In this document: positions 1 to 9,526 of the stretch, in pieces | Layout of the letters: each line of letters starts with the position of its first letter | How positions within the stretch are numbered: the first letter of the stretch is position 1 | Source: Gemmatimonadaceae bacterium | GTDB lineage: Bacteria; Gemmatimonadota; Gemmatimonadetes; Gemmatimonadales; Gemmatimonadaceae | Length of the DNA stretch: 64,000 nucleotides | Direction of reading: 5' to 3' | NCBI GenBank assembly: GCA_013813715.1 | Contig: JACCRF010000148.1 | Coordinates: 6,562-70,561, forward strand | Made by a program: the position numbers and the translations under genes | Notes under the pieces: generated by a model | Told to the model about the DNA's origin: nothing | The model's input: only the letters and a program-made list of their open reading frames with translations | The model's database searches: none

Positions 1-189
1 CTCGACGCCGTATTTTCGCATGAGGGCTGGAACGACAGTCGTGATCCGCGCTGCAAGCCAGCGCTGCTGGACCTCGGCTTGCTCGCGGAGGGTTCCAAAC
101 GGACGCGACGGCGTTGCGTGCTGCGCCGGCAGAACGGTGGCGGTTAGAGCGAGCAATGCAACGAGTGCGATGTGATGTCGTGGGCGCAT
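1..189 (-). CDS. 5' part of a secreted M24-family (Xaa-Pro aminopeptidase-like) peptidase, running off the left window edge
   Basis: My translation from ATG at 189 is open to position 1: MRPRHHIALVALLALTATVLPAQHATPSRPFGTLREQAEVQQRWLAARITTVVPALMRKYGVE. It has a signal peptide plus an N-terminus I recall from Gemmatimonadota M24 peptidases. The catalytic region is outside the window. Confidence 0.6.
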   Translation of the reverse strand, partial: MRPRHHIALVALLALTATVLPAQHATPSRPFGTLREQAEVQQRWLAARITTVVPALMRKYGVE

Positions 190-395
190 GTGCTGGGGGG
201 CCGGGATGGTGTAAGCGGCGCCAGGGTTGGCGTTTCGTTCCGAGTCTTATCGAGATTATCGCCGAGGAGCAAGCCGTTTGCCGGAAACCGCTTGCAGTTC
301 ACGCGACAGCCGCACATGATAGAACGACAGTTCAACCCGCCATTCGAGCACCGGGACATGGCTCGTATCGTTCGCGACCCAAAGGAGTAGCCGCC

Positions 396-1979
396 ATGCG
401 CCGCCTGTCTTCGATAACCCTCGCCGCCGCTCTCGCCGTCACCCCGCTCGCCGCGCAGCAGCACGATCACGGAAAACCGGGGGAGAAGCTCGGCGCTGTT
501 TCGTTTCAGACGTCCTGCTCCCCGGCCGCCGCGCCGCAGGTGAACCGCGCGATGGCGATGCTGCACTCGTTCTGGTTCGATGAGGCGCTGAAGGCGTTCA
601 CTGCCATCGCGGGCGCGGACTCGACATGCGCGATCGCGCACTGGGGCGCGGCGATGACGATGTGGGGCAACCCCTTCGTGCGCCAGCCGCACACCCCCGA
701 GCAACAGCGGCTCGGGCTCGCCGCCGCCGAGCGCGCCGCCGCACTTTCCCCTCGCGCGCAGCATCGCGAGCAGATGTACATCGACGCCGTGGTCGCGCTC
801 TGGCGCGACGCGGACAAGCTGGACCACCTCGGTCGGCTTGCACGACACGAAGCGGCGATGGAAAAGCTGTACGAGGCACATCCCGAGGATCCCGAAGCGG
901 CAATGTTCTACGCGCGGGCGCTGATCGCGAACGCTTCTCCAGCGGATCGCGAGTTCAAGAGCCAGCTCCACGCGGCATCCCTGCTCGAGCCGCTGTTCAC
1001 GAAGCAGCCCGATCATCCAGGGCTTTCTCACTACATCATCCACACGTTCGACTCGCCGAAGCTGGCGAGCCAGGGTCTCTCGGCTGCCAAGCGATATGCG
1101 TCGATCGCGCCGGCGGCACCGCACGCGCTTCACATGCCGTCGCACATTTTCACGCGGCTGGGACTATGGGACGAGTCTATTCTGACCAACCGCCGCTCGG
1201 CGGCCGCTGAGCCCGACTCGAATGCCGCGGTGCATCCGAACGATTACATGGTGTATGCCTATCTCCAGCAGGGTCGCGACGGCGATGCGTGGAAAGTCGT
1301 TGCACGCACGAAGTCAGCCGCCGACCGTTTCTACGGCGCGATCCTCGGTTACAACGCCGCAGCGATGCAGGCGCGGCACGCGCTCGAGCGCTCGGCCTGG
1401 CGCGACGCGGCGGCGATTCCGGTGCCAGCCACATCAGCGCCGTTTGTCGAGGCAATCACCCGGTTCGCTCGCGCGGTCGGTGCGGCGCGCAGCGGTGGAA
1501 TAACCTCGGCCCATGCTGATGTCGCAGCCCTGGCGACGTTGCGTGATACGCTGAAGGCGCGCAAGGATGTCTACTGGTCGACCATAATCGAGGCGCAGCG
1601 GCTGGCAGCGTCGGCGTGGATCGCCCGCGCCGAAGGGAAAAATGAGGAAGCCGTTCGGCTTGCGCGACAAGGGGCCGAGCTGGAAGAGAGCGTCGAGAAG
1701 CATCCCGTCACCCCGGGCCCGCTGCTTCCCGCCCGGGAGCTGGAGGGCGATCTCTTGCTGGAGCTCGGCCGCGCGAGCGATGCGCTCCAATCGTACGAGA
1801 TGACGCTGGTGCGCGAGCCGCGGAGGGCGCGAGCGCTATTCGGTGCGGCGAGTGCCGCTGAGAAGGCGGGGAATCGCGCGAAAGCGACCGAGCGGTACCA
1901 GGAGCTTCTCGCGCTCATGGATCGCGCCGACGCCTCGCGGACGGAGGTAAGGGTGGCCAAGGCATTTCTCGGTCGCTGA
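396..1979 (+). CDS. Secreted TPR-repeat protein (527 aa)
   Basis: SD AAAGGAG at 381-387 precedes ATG 396; signal peptide MRRLSSITLAAALAVTPLAAQ; helical TPR-like repeats; HPGLSHYIIH and HALHMPSHIF motifs. The ORF-track extension to 114 has no support. Confidence 0.85.
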   Translation: MRRLSSITLAAALAVTPLAAQQHDHGKPGEKLGAVSFQTSCSPAAAPQVNRAMAMLHSFWFDEALKAFTAIAGADSTCAIAHWGAAMTMWGNPFVRQPHTPEQQRLGLAAAERAAALSPRAQHREQMYIDAVVALWRDADKLDHLGRLARHEAAMEKLYEAHPEDPEAAMFYARALIANASPADREFKSQLHAASLLEPLFTKQPDHPGLSHYIIHTFDSPKLASQGLSAAKRYASIAPAAPHALHMPSHIFTRLGLWDESILTNRRSAAAEPDSNAAVHPNDYMVYAYLQQGRDGDAWKVVARTKSAADRFYGAILGYNAAAMQARHALERSAWRDAAAIPVPATSAPFVEAITRFARAVGAARSGGITSAHADVAALATLRDTLKARKDVYWSTIIEAQRLAASAWIARAEGKNEEAVRLARQGAELEESVEKHPVTPGPLLPARELEGDLLLELGRASDALQSYEMTLVREPRRARALFGAASAAEKAGNRAKATERYQELLALMDRADASRTEVRVAKAFLGR

Positions 1980-2001
1980 GGCAACAGCACCGGGACAAGA
2001 A

Positions 2002-2074
2002 CTGGGGCGGGTGGACTCGAACCACCAACTTCCTGATTAACAGTCAGGCGGTCTGCCAGTTGACCTACACCCCA
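2002..2074 (-). tRNA. tRNA-Asn (GTT), CCA not encoded
   Basis: Full cloverleaf: acceptor TGGGGTG/CGCCCCA, D-stem GGTC/GACC, anticodon arm CCTGA-CTGTTAA-TCAGG, T-arm GGTGG-TTCGAGT-CCACC, discriminator G. Confidence 0.97.
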
Positions 2075-2154
2075 TCACATGCCTCGCGCGGCAGTATCGC
2101 ACGCGTCGGAGCTCTCATCGCGTACACCGCCACTCTCCTCATGGTATCACGCAC

Positions 2155-2517
2155 TCACCTCGTTGGGGAGGGTCCTCTAGCTGGCCATACGTTGTCCGAC
2201 GCGTCGCGATCGGGGAACCGGCGAGCGGGATCCAGAGTAATCCGCTCGATCACACGCCCGCCGAAATCCAGATCCGCCATGAACGTGCGACTGCCGCTGA
2301 ACCACACGTCCACCGGATACGTCACCAGCGCCGTCACGCTGTCGGTCATCACCGCGTTCCGCATCGGACGGATGGCCGGGCCAGTTTGCGTAAATTTCAC
2401 CTCGAGTACGACAGGTGACGGCATTTGTCCCGCCTGGCGGATAGTGACGCTCGACCGGGAGCCAGTGACGTTCACGCGCTGAATCGAGCCATCCACGCTC
2501 TCGGTGGTGAACAGCCA
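2155..2517 (-). pseudogene. C-terminal remnant of an M1-family metallopeptidase (5'-truncated)
   Basis: Reads WLFTTESVDGSIQRV...QMPSPVVLEV...YPVDVWFSGSRTF...ITLDPARRFPDRDASDNVWP, which I recall as the C-terminal domain of Gemmatimonadota M1 peptidases. No HEXXH domain; an in-frame stop lies about 40 nt upstream; no SD. Confidence 0.6.
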
Positions 2518-3376
2518 ATCGACGAGTTGGGTTCGGGTGGCGTTACCGGCGACTCAGGCGCAGGCGGCGTGGGAACGCGCGGCCAGGATGCAGGCGCGCC
2601 TCGATCCGGGTGAAGCGCCCGTTCGCGGCAGCGCACCGCTGTCTCCGTCGTCATCGTATCGCGCCGATGTCGTTCGCGAATCGGCGAGAGAAGCGGGAAT
2701 CGGCACTCAGTTCATAGATCGCGCGCTCGCTGAAGGAGCCGCGGCTGGAACGTCCCTAGCGTCAACCGCAGCAGCGGCGACGACTCTGCCATCCTCCGAG
2801 GTCGTGGTTCGGGAGGGTGTAACTGCTCCACCGTCGCCGTGGTCAGGAGAAAAGTCGGCCATCGAGTTTGAGGCGTTCATACCGGGCGAGCTTCCGGAGC
2901 GTGACTTTGATACGGTAGTGGAAACCGTTCGGCGATCACTCGGCGATGTCGGCACAGTCAGCGGAGTCGGGAGGTCGCTGTCGTGGAGCTCGACAGATAA
3001 GAACCGCAAGGTCCACGTTTCGGTGCACGTCCGCGACGGAGTCACCACGGTGCGAGTCGGCGAGCGATTGTCGCAGTTGGCGGGCAGCATCTTCGGCGGA
3101 GTGATGGGCGGCGGCGGGGGTGGCTTCGGGGGCGCGTCCATCGGTATGACTATGGCTTTCACTCAGGAGCCGGTGCTCGCGTTCGGTGTGGCGGGCACCC
3201 TCGTCGCAGCATCCTACGCGGTGGCCCGTCTCGTCTACGGCGGGATTACTCGCCGACGCCGCAGCGAGCTGCGTGATCTGACCGAACGGCTTGCCGACGA
3301 TTTGCGGGCGATCATCTCGCGACGCAGCCAGCCACTCGAGACCTCCCGCCGGCGCGGGCGCTTGCCCGCTGACTGA
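2504..3376 (+). CDS. Membrane protein resembling the C-terminal domain of Gemmatimonadota Ser/Thr kinases; probably 5'-truncated
   Basis: AWERAARMQA...YRADVVRESAREAGIG..., GELPERDFDTVVETVRRSLGDVGTVSGVGRSLSW, Gly-rich GGVMGGGGGG plus two TM helices. No kinase domain and no SD; the start overlaps the opposite-strand remnant. Confidence 0.55.
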   Translation: MVNSQSTSWVRVALPATQAQAAWERAARMQARLDPGEAPVRGSAPLSPSSSYRADVVRESAREAGIGTQFIDRALAEGAAAGTSLASTAAAATTLPSSEVVVREGVTAPPSPWSGEKSAIEFEAFIPGELPERDFDTVVETVRRSLGDVGTVSGVGRSLSWSSTDKNRKVHVSVHVRDGVTTVRVGERLSQLAGSIFGGVMGGGGGGFGGASIGMTMAFTQEPVLAFGVAGTLVAASYAVARLVYGGITRRRRSELRDLTERLADDLRAIISRRSQPLETSRRRGRLPAD

Positions 3377-3500
3377 CCCGCCGCCGGCCGTATCGCGCGT
3401 GTGGCGTTCGTCGCAATCGATGCGCTTCTCGGGTCAGCGTCTCCTTAGCTATCTTTCGTTTTGATTTTCGAACAGCCTGACTCACCTGTGACTGACGACT

Positions 3501-3788
3501 ATGCGCGCGACGTTGAAGCAAATAATGGCCGAATACGGGGCGATCGCCGTAGGGATTTACCTGGTGATCTTCTCCCTGGTTCTGGCCAGCGCGTGGCTCG
3601 CGATGAGACTGGGGTGGACGCCGACAGGCGTCGCCGGAAATGCGGGGGTTTTCACCGCCGCGTATCTGTTTACCAAGGTGACTCAGCCGCTGCGAATTGG
3701 CGCCACGGTCGTGCTCACGCCGATCGTCGGCCGGCTTTGGAATCGCGCGACGGCGCGGAACCGACTGCCTGCCGAGGGGAACCAATGA
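3501..3788 (+). CDS. Small membrane protein, DUF1279/FAM210-like (95 aa)
   Basis: EYGAIAVGIYLVIF...AAYLFTKVTQPLRIGATVVLTP pattern typical of this family. Confidence 0.78.
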   Translation: MRATLKQIMAEYGAIAVGIYLVIFSLVLASAWLAMRLGWTPTGVAGNAGVFTAAYLFTKVTQPLRIGATVVLTPIVGRLWNRATARNRLPAEGNQ

Positions 3789-4275
3789 CAGCCGTTTCCG
3801 CAGGCACTTAGGAAGAACTGTCCGCCTGGCTCGCGGCCAGCAGCTCGCGTTCCGACGTTGGAGGAGAGACCTTCTGTCCGAGTTCTATCAGCTACGCCGC
3901 ATCGCCATCAAGGACCTCTCGGCGTATGTCGGCTTTCTGTTCGGATTCTTTGGATCAGCGCCGCTCGCGTGGCAGTACCTCGCCGCGCAAATCGAGGCCG
4001 GGGATTTCACGAAAGGGCTCTGGTATTTTGTGGGAATGGTTGGCGGTGCGGCCGTCATCACCGGCACATTCGGCTTGATAGGGGGCTTCGTAATCGGCTC
4101 GGCGTGGGAGCGCTTGCACCGATACCGCCGGCGAAAATCGGGGGTCGTCGCGCCTTCGTCGACTGCTGTCGAATCGGTGCAGCCGCGCCTCAAGCTGGTG
4201 TCGGCTGATGTTCCCAAACCGAGCCTCGCCCGGATGTCGCATTCAAGAACCTTCAAGCCCGCGATAGGGGATGGC
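3785..4275 (+). pseudogene. Two-TM membrane protein with an apparent 1-nt frameshift near 3808, reading in frame into the O-methyltransferase
   Basis: ATG 3785 overlaps the upstream stop (ATGA) but hits TAG at 3809. Adding one T gives MTAVSAGTLGRTVRLARGQQ...SAYVGFLFGFFGSAPLAWQYL...GMVGGAAVITGTFGLIGGFVIG. There is no stop before 4276. Confidence 0.45.
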
Positions 4276-4959
4276 ATGACTCAGGACTTGTGGAATAGCG
4301 TCGATGACTATTTCTCGAAGATGCTTCTGCCCCCCGACGCCGCGCTCGACTTGGCGATCGCGTCGAGCACGGAAGCCGGACTGCCTGCGATCCAGGTCTC
4401 GGCGAATCAGGGGAAGCAGCTCGAGATGCTCGCGCGAATGCAGAAGGCGCACTTCATTCTCGAGATCGGTACGCTCGGCGGATACAGTACGATCTGGATG
4501 GCGCGTGCCCTTGCGCCCGGCGGGCGCCTCATCACCCTGGAGTCCGATCCGAAGCATGCAGACGTTGCGCGCACCAACATCGAACGCGCCGGCTTTGGCG
4601 ACGTAGTCGAAGTGCGTACCGGGCTCGCGCTCGACACGCTCCCGCTGATCGCTGCAGAAAACGCGGGACCGTTCGACATGATTTTCATAGACGCCGACAA
4701 GGAAAACATTCCGGGGTACTTCAAGTGGGCCCTCGAGCTTTCGAGGCCGGGAAGTCTAATTGTCGTTGACAACGTCGTGCGCGAGGGAGCGGTGATCGAC
4801 GCGGCCAGCGATGACCTGCGCGTGCAGGGCGTCCGGCGTCTGATGGACTATTTGTCACGGGAACCGCGCGTGACCGCGACGGCCATACAGACTGTTGGCA
4901 CAAAGGGCTACGACGGCTTCGTGATGGCCATCGTCAAGTCAGAGGACTCAAAGCAATAA
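4276..4959 (+). CDS. O-methyltransferase, class I SAM-dependent (caffeoyl-CoA OMT/YrrM-like, 227 aa)
   Basis: ILEIGTLGGYS SAM motif, FDMIFIDADK, IVVDNVV; SD-like AGGGGA before ATG 4276. Confidence 0.92.
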   Translation: MTQDLWNSVDDYFSKMLLPPDAALDLAIASSTEAGLPAIQVSANQGKQLEMLARMQKAHFILEIGTLGGYSTIWMARALAPGGRLITLESDPKHADVARTNIERAGFGDVVEVRTGLALDTLPLIAAENAGPFDMIFIDADKENIPGYFKWALELSRPGSLIVVDNVVREGAVIDAASDDLRVQGVRRLMDYLSREPRVTATAIQTVGTKGYDGFVMAIVKSEDSKQ

Positions 4960-4974
4960 GGGAGGTAGTGCAAA

Positions 4975-5448
4975 ATGGCATCTTCCAAGGCTTCGACCGT
5001 TGCGGCGTATCTGGACGAGCTACCGCCAGACCGCCGAAAGGCGATTTCGAGCGTTCGCTCCCTCGTGAGAAAGCACATTCCAAAGGGTTACTCCGAGGGA
5101 ATGGGCTGGGGGATGATCACGTGGCACATTCCGTTGTCGGACTATCCAGACACGTACAACGGGCAGCCGCTTTGCTACGTCGCGCTCGCCGCACAGAAGA
5201 ACTACTGCTCTCTGTACCTGATGGGAGTCTATGGCGATCCGGCGCGGGAGAAGGTGCTCAAGGACGGTTTCACGAATGCCGGGAAGAAGCTCGACATGGG
5301 CAAGTCGTGTGTGCATTTCAAGAGCGCTGACGATCTGCCGCTCGACGTGATCGGCGATGTGATCGCGGGAATGCCCCCGGAGAAGCTCATCGCGGCCATC
5401 GAGCGCGCGCACGGAAAGAAACGATCCGCCAGGAAGCGCGTGTCCTGA
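4975..5448 (+). CDS. DUF1801 (YdhG-like) protein
   Basis: TVAAYLDELPPDRR..., YNGQPLCYVALAAQKNYCSLY, LDMGKSCVHFK; SD GGAGG. Confidence 0.87.
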   Translation: MASSKASTVAAYLDELPPDRRKAISSVRSLVRKHIPKGYSEGMGWGMITWHIPLSDYPDTYNGQPLCYVALAAQKNYCSLYLMGVYGDPAREKVLKDGFTNAGKKLDMGKSCVHFKSADDLPLDVIGDVIAGMPPEKLIAAIERAHGKKRSARKRVS

Positions 5449-5486
5449 GGCTGTATTCAGCCGTGTTAATCAACGCCAAATTCACA

Positions 5487-7391
5487 ATGCGAACTTCCAC
5501 CGCGCCAGCGATTGCCCTCGCGCTTGCCTGCATGTTCGGCAGCGCCTGCGACGAGCCCCCTCCATCCACGGGTCAGGTCGCGCAGGGCGACTCGCTCCCC
5601 CGCGACCCTCACTCGTACGCACAGCCTGCTGAGGCGCGCGTCACTCACGTGTCGCTCGACCTCACGCCCGATTTTGCATCTAAACGAATCCGCGGAACGG
5701 CGAAGCTCGCCATTGCGCGCGGCGCGTCGGCCGACAGCGTGGTTCTCGACGCGCGCGATCTGACGATCAAGCGTGTCACCGATGCGAGCGGTGCAGGGCT
5801 GGGCTTCAACCTCGGGACTACGAAGGAGCTGCTAGGCGCGCCGCTGACGATCGCGCTCCCAGCGCAAGGTGATACGATCGTGATCGAATACGAGACATCG
5901 CCCGACGCTGCGGCCGTGCAGTGGCTCACTCCCGCGCAGACAGCCGGGAAGAAGCTGCCGTTCCTCTTCACGCAGGGTCAGGCGATCCTCACGCGGACGT
6001 GGGTGCCGACGCAGGACGGACCTGGAATCCGTCAGACCTACGACGCGGCAATTCACGTCCCCGCCGGAATGCGCGCCGTCATGAGCGCTGACCACGCCGG
6101 AACGGAAGGCGAGAAGGATCCGCGGGGGCTCACGGTTTACCGCTTCAGGATGGCTAACCCTATTCCGCCGTATCTGATCGCGCTCGCCGTCGGCGATATC
6201 GCGTTCCGGCCCATTGGAAAAACGACGGGCGTGTACGCCGAGCCGTCGGTCGTGAATCGCGCGGCGAACGAATTCACGGAGGTTGATCAGATGATCGCCG
6301 CCGCCGAGAAGCTGTTCGGGCCGTACAGATGGGGCCGGTACGACATTCTCGTTCTGCCTCCGTCGTTTCCGTTTGGCGGAATGGAAAACCCCACACTGAC
6401 GTTTGCGACGCCGACCATTCTCGCCGGCGACCGTTCGCTTGTCAGCCTCGTCGCGCACGAGCTCGCGCACTCCTGGTCGGGAAATCTCGTCACCAACGCG
6501 ACATGGGACGATTTCTGGCTGAACGAAGGGTTCACGACATACCTCGAATCGCGGATCATGGAGAAAGTGCGCGGCAAGCGGTACGCGGACATGCTGCGGC
6601 AGCTCGGCCGGCAGGACATGCTGAAGGCGGTCACCGATGCCGGCGGACCGAAGGGCGCCGATACACGGCTGCGGCTCGACCTCGGCGGCCGCGATCCAGA
6701 TGAGGGACTCACCGACATCGCATACGAGAAGGGCGCCGCATTTCTCCAGACGGTCGAATCCGTGGTCGGACGCGAGCGACTCGATGCGTTCCTTAAGGAT
6801 TATTTCGATCGCTTTGCGTTCCAGCCGATGACATCAGACAGAATGGTCGCGTACATGAAGGAGAAGCTGCTCAAGGGTGACGACGAGCAGCGCATCAACC
6901 TTCGGCAATGGATATACGAGCCCGGGATTCCGGCGAACGTTCCGCCGGTGCAATCCGAAGCGTTCACCGCGGTGGACAAACAGGTGGAAGCCTGGAAGAG
7001 CGGCGCCGCGGCGTCGTCAATGACGACGAAGGACTGGTCGACACACGAATGGCTGCACTACCTGCGCGCGCTTCCCGACACGATCCCCTCGGAGCGTCTC
7101 GCCGATCTCGACCGGGCATTCAGTCTGACTTCCAGCGGGAACAGCGAGATACTCGGGGCGTGGCTGCTCATCGCGATTCGAAACCGTCATCAACCCGCAT
7201 TTGCGGCGCTGGACAGGTTCCTGACCTCGCAGGGCAGGCGAAAATTTCTGACGCCGCTCTATACGGAACTCGCGAAAACAGATTGGGGCCGCAGGATGGC
7301 GATGGACATCTACCGCCGTGCCCGGCCCACGTATCACTCGGTCGCCGTTGGCACTATCGACGGAGTTCTCAAGTGGAGCGAAGTCCGATGA
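5487..7391 (+). CDS. M1 aminopeptidase, leukotriene A4 hydrolase-like lipoprotein (634 aa)
   Basis: GGMEN exopeptidase motif, HELAHSW-x-NEGFTTY zinc motif, YEKG, LTA4H-type C-terminal domain ([10 protein letters not shown]); lipobox FGSAC. Confidence 0.95.
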   Translation: MRTSTAPAIALALACMFGSACDEPPPSTGQVAQGDSLPRDPHSYAQPAEARVTHVSLDLTPDFASKRIRGTAKLAIARGASADSVVLDARDLTIKRVTDASGAGLGFNLGTTKELLGAPLTIALPAQGDTIVIEYETSPDAAAVQWLTPAQTAGKKLPFLFTQGQAILTRTWVPTQDGPGIRQTYDAAIHVPAGMRAVMSADHAGTEGEKDPRGLTVYRFRMANPIPPYLIALAVGDIAFRPIGKTTGVYAEPSVVNRAANEFTEVDQMIAAAEKLFGPYRWGRYDILVLPPSFPFGGMENPTLTFATPTILAGDRSLVSLVAHELAHSWSGNLVTNATWDDFWLNEGFTTYLESRIMEKVRGKRYADMLRQLGRQDMLKAVTDAGGPKGADTRLRLDLGGRDPDEGLTDIAYEKGAAFLQTVESVVGRERLDAFLKDYFDRFAFQPMTSDRMVAYMKEKLLKGDDEQRINLRQWIYEPGIPANVPPVQSEAFTAVDKQVEAWKSGAAASSMTTKDWSTHEWLHYLRALPDTIPSERLADLDRAFSLTSSGNSEILGAWLLIAIRNRHQPAFAALDRFLTSQGRRKFLTPLYTELAKTDWGRRMAMDIYRRARPTYHSVAVGTIDGVLKWSEVR

Positions 7392-7771
7392 TGTTTAGGC
7401 AACTGATAGAGAGGGATGGAGTCGTCTGTAGGCATAGTCCGAGCGACGACGTAGTGGTGAGCGTCGAACGCGTCACGAAGCGGTTTGGCACGGTAACCGC
7501 CGTCGACGATGTTTCGCTGGCGGTTCATCGAGGCGAGATCTTCGCGCTGCTGGAACCCAATGGCGCGGGGAAGTCCACCTTGATCCGGATGATCGTGGGG
7601 CTGATGCGTCCGGACTCGGGGCGGTTGCTGCGGGCGTGGGGCGACGCCGACTCTGCGAACTGGCCGGGCGGCAGAATGGGATACCTGCCGGAGGAGCGCG
7701 GTCTCTACCAGGACATGCCGATTCTGGGCACTCTTGTCTATTTCGGCGTCCCCAATGGAATGCCACCGTGA
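7388..7771 (+). pseudogene. Truncated ABC-2/NatA-like ATP-binding gene
   Basis: [23 protein letters not shown] is followed by a mutated Walker A (EPNGAGKS for GPNGAGKS) and [10 protein letters not shown]. It stops before the signature and Walker B motifs, and there is no permease. Confidence 0.78.
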
Positions 7772-7777
7772 ACGCGA

Positions 7778-8476
7778 CTACAGTCCGTCGACTATCCGGG
7801 CCTTGATCGACTCGTACTCGGCGTCGGTGATCAGGCCGCTGTCGAGCATGTCCTTTGCGCGTTTGAGGCGTGCTGCGGGGGTGTCTGCCGCCATCTCCCC
7901 GGCCGGTGCGGCGAACGTCGGGGCCGCGAACGCCGGGGCCGCAGCGCCGAGCTGAATTCCGCCGGAGCGGGCGCGCATCTCGTCGAGATCGCGCACGCGT
8001 CGCTTCTCGCGCCAGGCCTGCTCCTGCGACTGGCACACGCGATAGACCCGCCGCGCGTCCTCCTTACGGAGACCCTGGAAAGTGATACTGAGGCCAGGCC
8101 GGTCGGCCGAGGCGAGGTCGCCGACGGCGGCGGCCGTTATTGTGAGATCAGCGCCGAAGATTCCCTCACGAAGGCTCGCATCGTGAAGGTCCTGCCAGCG
8201 GACGTCGGTTGGCGAATAGCCGCCGAAAAGATGTCGCCTGAGCGCGATGAATCGTCCGCTCGTTGCGGCTACGAACACGCGGCGGCGGGTCAGAGCGAAC
8301 AAGCGTCGCTGCACCGCGAATGCCTCGAGTGACTCATCGGGTACCAGAATCGCGCGAAGTATCTCGAGCGCGCTATTGACTCCCGGATCGCCCGGGGCCG
8401 CCGCAGGTGGCTTGGCTGCTGGAATAGTCGAGACTGTGCTCTTGGCGGATTCTGCGCGAAGCTCGTCGGCGGCCAT
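7778..8476 (-). CDS. Bacterial PH-domain plus C-terminal SHOCT protein (232 aa)
   Basis: SD GAGGA before ATG 8476; PH-like core (LVPDESLEAFA..VFVAATSGRFI..DVRWQDL); SHOCT tail RLKRAKDMLDSGLITDAEYESIKARI. Confidence 0.8.
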   Translation of the reverse strand: MAADELRAESAKSTVSTIPAAKPPAAAPGDPGVNSALEILRAILVPDESLEAFAVQRRLFALTRRRVFVAATSGRFIALRRHLFGGYSPTDVRWQDLHDASLREGIFGADLTITAAAVGDLASADRPGLSITFQGLRKEDARRVYRVCQSQEQAWREKRRVRDLDEMRARSGGIQLGAAAPAFAAPTFAAPAGEMAADTPAARLKRAKDMLDSGLITDAEYESIKARIVDGL

Positions 8477-8794
8477 TGACGGTGTCCTCTCGTGGTGCAG
8501 GGAACGGCGAACGCGGTCTGATTCCGCGGGCGGAGCCCGGCGTCGGGCGTACAACGCATTGATAATGTCGAAAAACGTCGCGCGTCGTCAGGTGCGAGCG
8601 AAGGTGAACTGCTTTGTCGGACTGATGCCTCGAAACGTGGGCGAGACCGAAGCGGCGCGGCACTTCGTTCGGCCCAGGGAGGCGGGCTCGGCACAACGCC
8701 GCGGAGTATAGGGCACCTCCGCTATCGCCGCCTGCCAGCGCTATGCATATTGGGTCGGCTGCCGCCGCCTTCTCAGGCAATTCCACCACTGCCC

Positions 8795-9526
8795 ATGTCT
8801 CCCTTTCTCGCGGAATTCGTCGGCACCACGATTCTGATCGTGCTCGGCAACGGCGTGGTCGCAAATGTCGTGCTGCACCAAACCAAGGGGTACAACTCCG
8901 GTTGGATCGTTGTCACCGGTGGCTGGGCTTGCGCCGTGACGATCGCCGTCTACTGCGTTGGCAGCATCAGCGGTGCGCATCTCAATCCGGCAGTGACGAT
9001 CGGGTTGGCGTCGATAGGAACGTTCGCGTGGGCGAAGGTGCCGATGTATCTCGCTGCACAACTGGCCGGTGGAGTAGCTGGCGGCGTCGTCGTGTGGCTC
9101 GTGTATCTGCCACACTGGAGCGTGACGTCGGATCCGGACGCGAAGCTCGCCGTCTTCTCGACGGGACCAGCGATCAGGCAGCCGATCCCCAACCTGATCG
9201 CGGAGACCATCGGCACCTTTGTCTTGGTGCTCGCGCTGTCGGCGGTGCTCTCGCCCAGCAACTTCGTGCCCGGTTCCGACCTGGCGAAAGGGTTCGGCCC
9301 GGTACTGGTCGGCCTGATCGTCTGGGCCATTGGACTGTCGTTGGGTGGACCCACCGGTTACGCGATCAATCCCGCACGCGACCTGGGACCTCGCATTGCC
9401 CACGCCCTCCTGCCGATCCCCGGAAAAGGTAGCTCCGACTGGGGCTACGCCTGGATCCCCGTGGTGGGGCCGGTGACCGGCGGTGTGCTCGGCGCATGGC
9501 TCTACAAAATCATGTGGGTACTCTGA
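8795..9526 (+). CDS. glpF: Glycerol uptake facilitator (MIP aquaglyceroporin)
   Basis: Two NPA motifs ([17 protein letters not shown]); directly upstream of glycerol kinase. Confidence 0.95.
   Translation: MSPFLAEFVGTTILIVLGNGVVANVVLHQTKGYNSGWIVVTGGWACAVTIAVYCVGSISGAHLNPAVTIGLASIGTFAWAKVPMYLAAQLAGGVAGGVVVWLVYLPHWSVTSDPDAKLAVFSTGPAIRQPIPNLIAETIGTFVLVLALSAVLSPSNFVPGSDLAKGFGPVLVGLIVWAIGLSLGGPTGYAINPARDLGPRIAHALLPIPGKGSSDWGYAWIPVVGPVTGGVLGAWLYKIMWVL

Noticed and set aside
114-395. N-terminal extensions in the ORF track (114, 3697, 9496, 17134, 20637, 24801, 27146, 46779, 47762, 55385)
   Set aside because: They overlap neighboring genes or promoters; downstream starts have SD sequences, signal peptides or stop-start overlaps.
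1980-2100. tRNA-Asn as an integration site
   Set aside because: No integrase, no duplicated tRNA 3' end noticed and no obvious compositional shift in the window.
3809-3811. TAG readthrough (pyrrolysine) of the MTAVSAGT ORF
   Set aside because: The frame after the TAG is not protein-like; the hydrophobic coding signal is in a different frame, so a frameshift fits better.
8555-8794. Riboswitch or ncRNA upstream of glpF
   Set aside because: Only a small GCGGAG/CTCCGC hairpin is visible; no recognizable aptamer. An Rfam scan would be needed.
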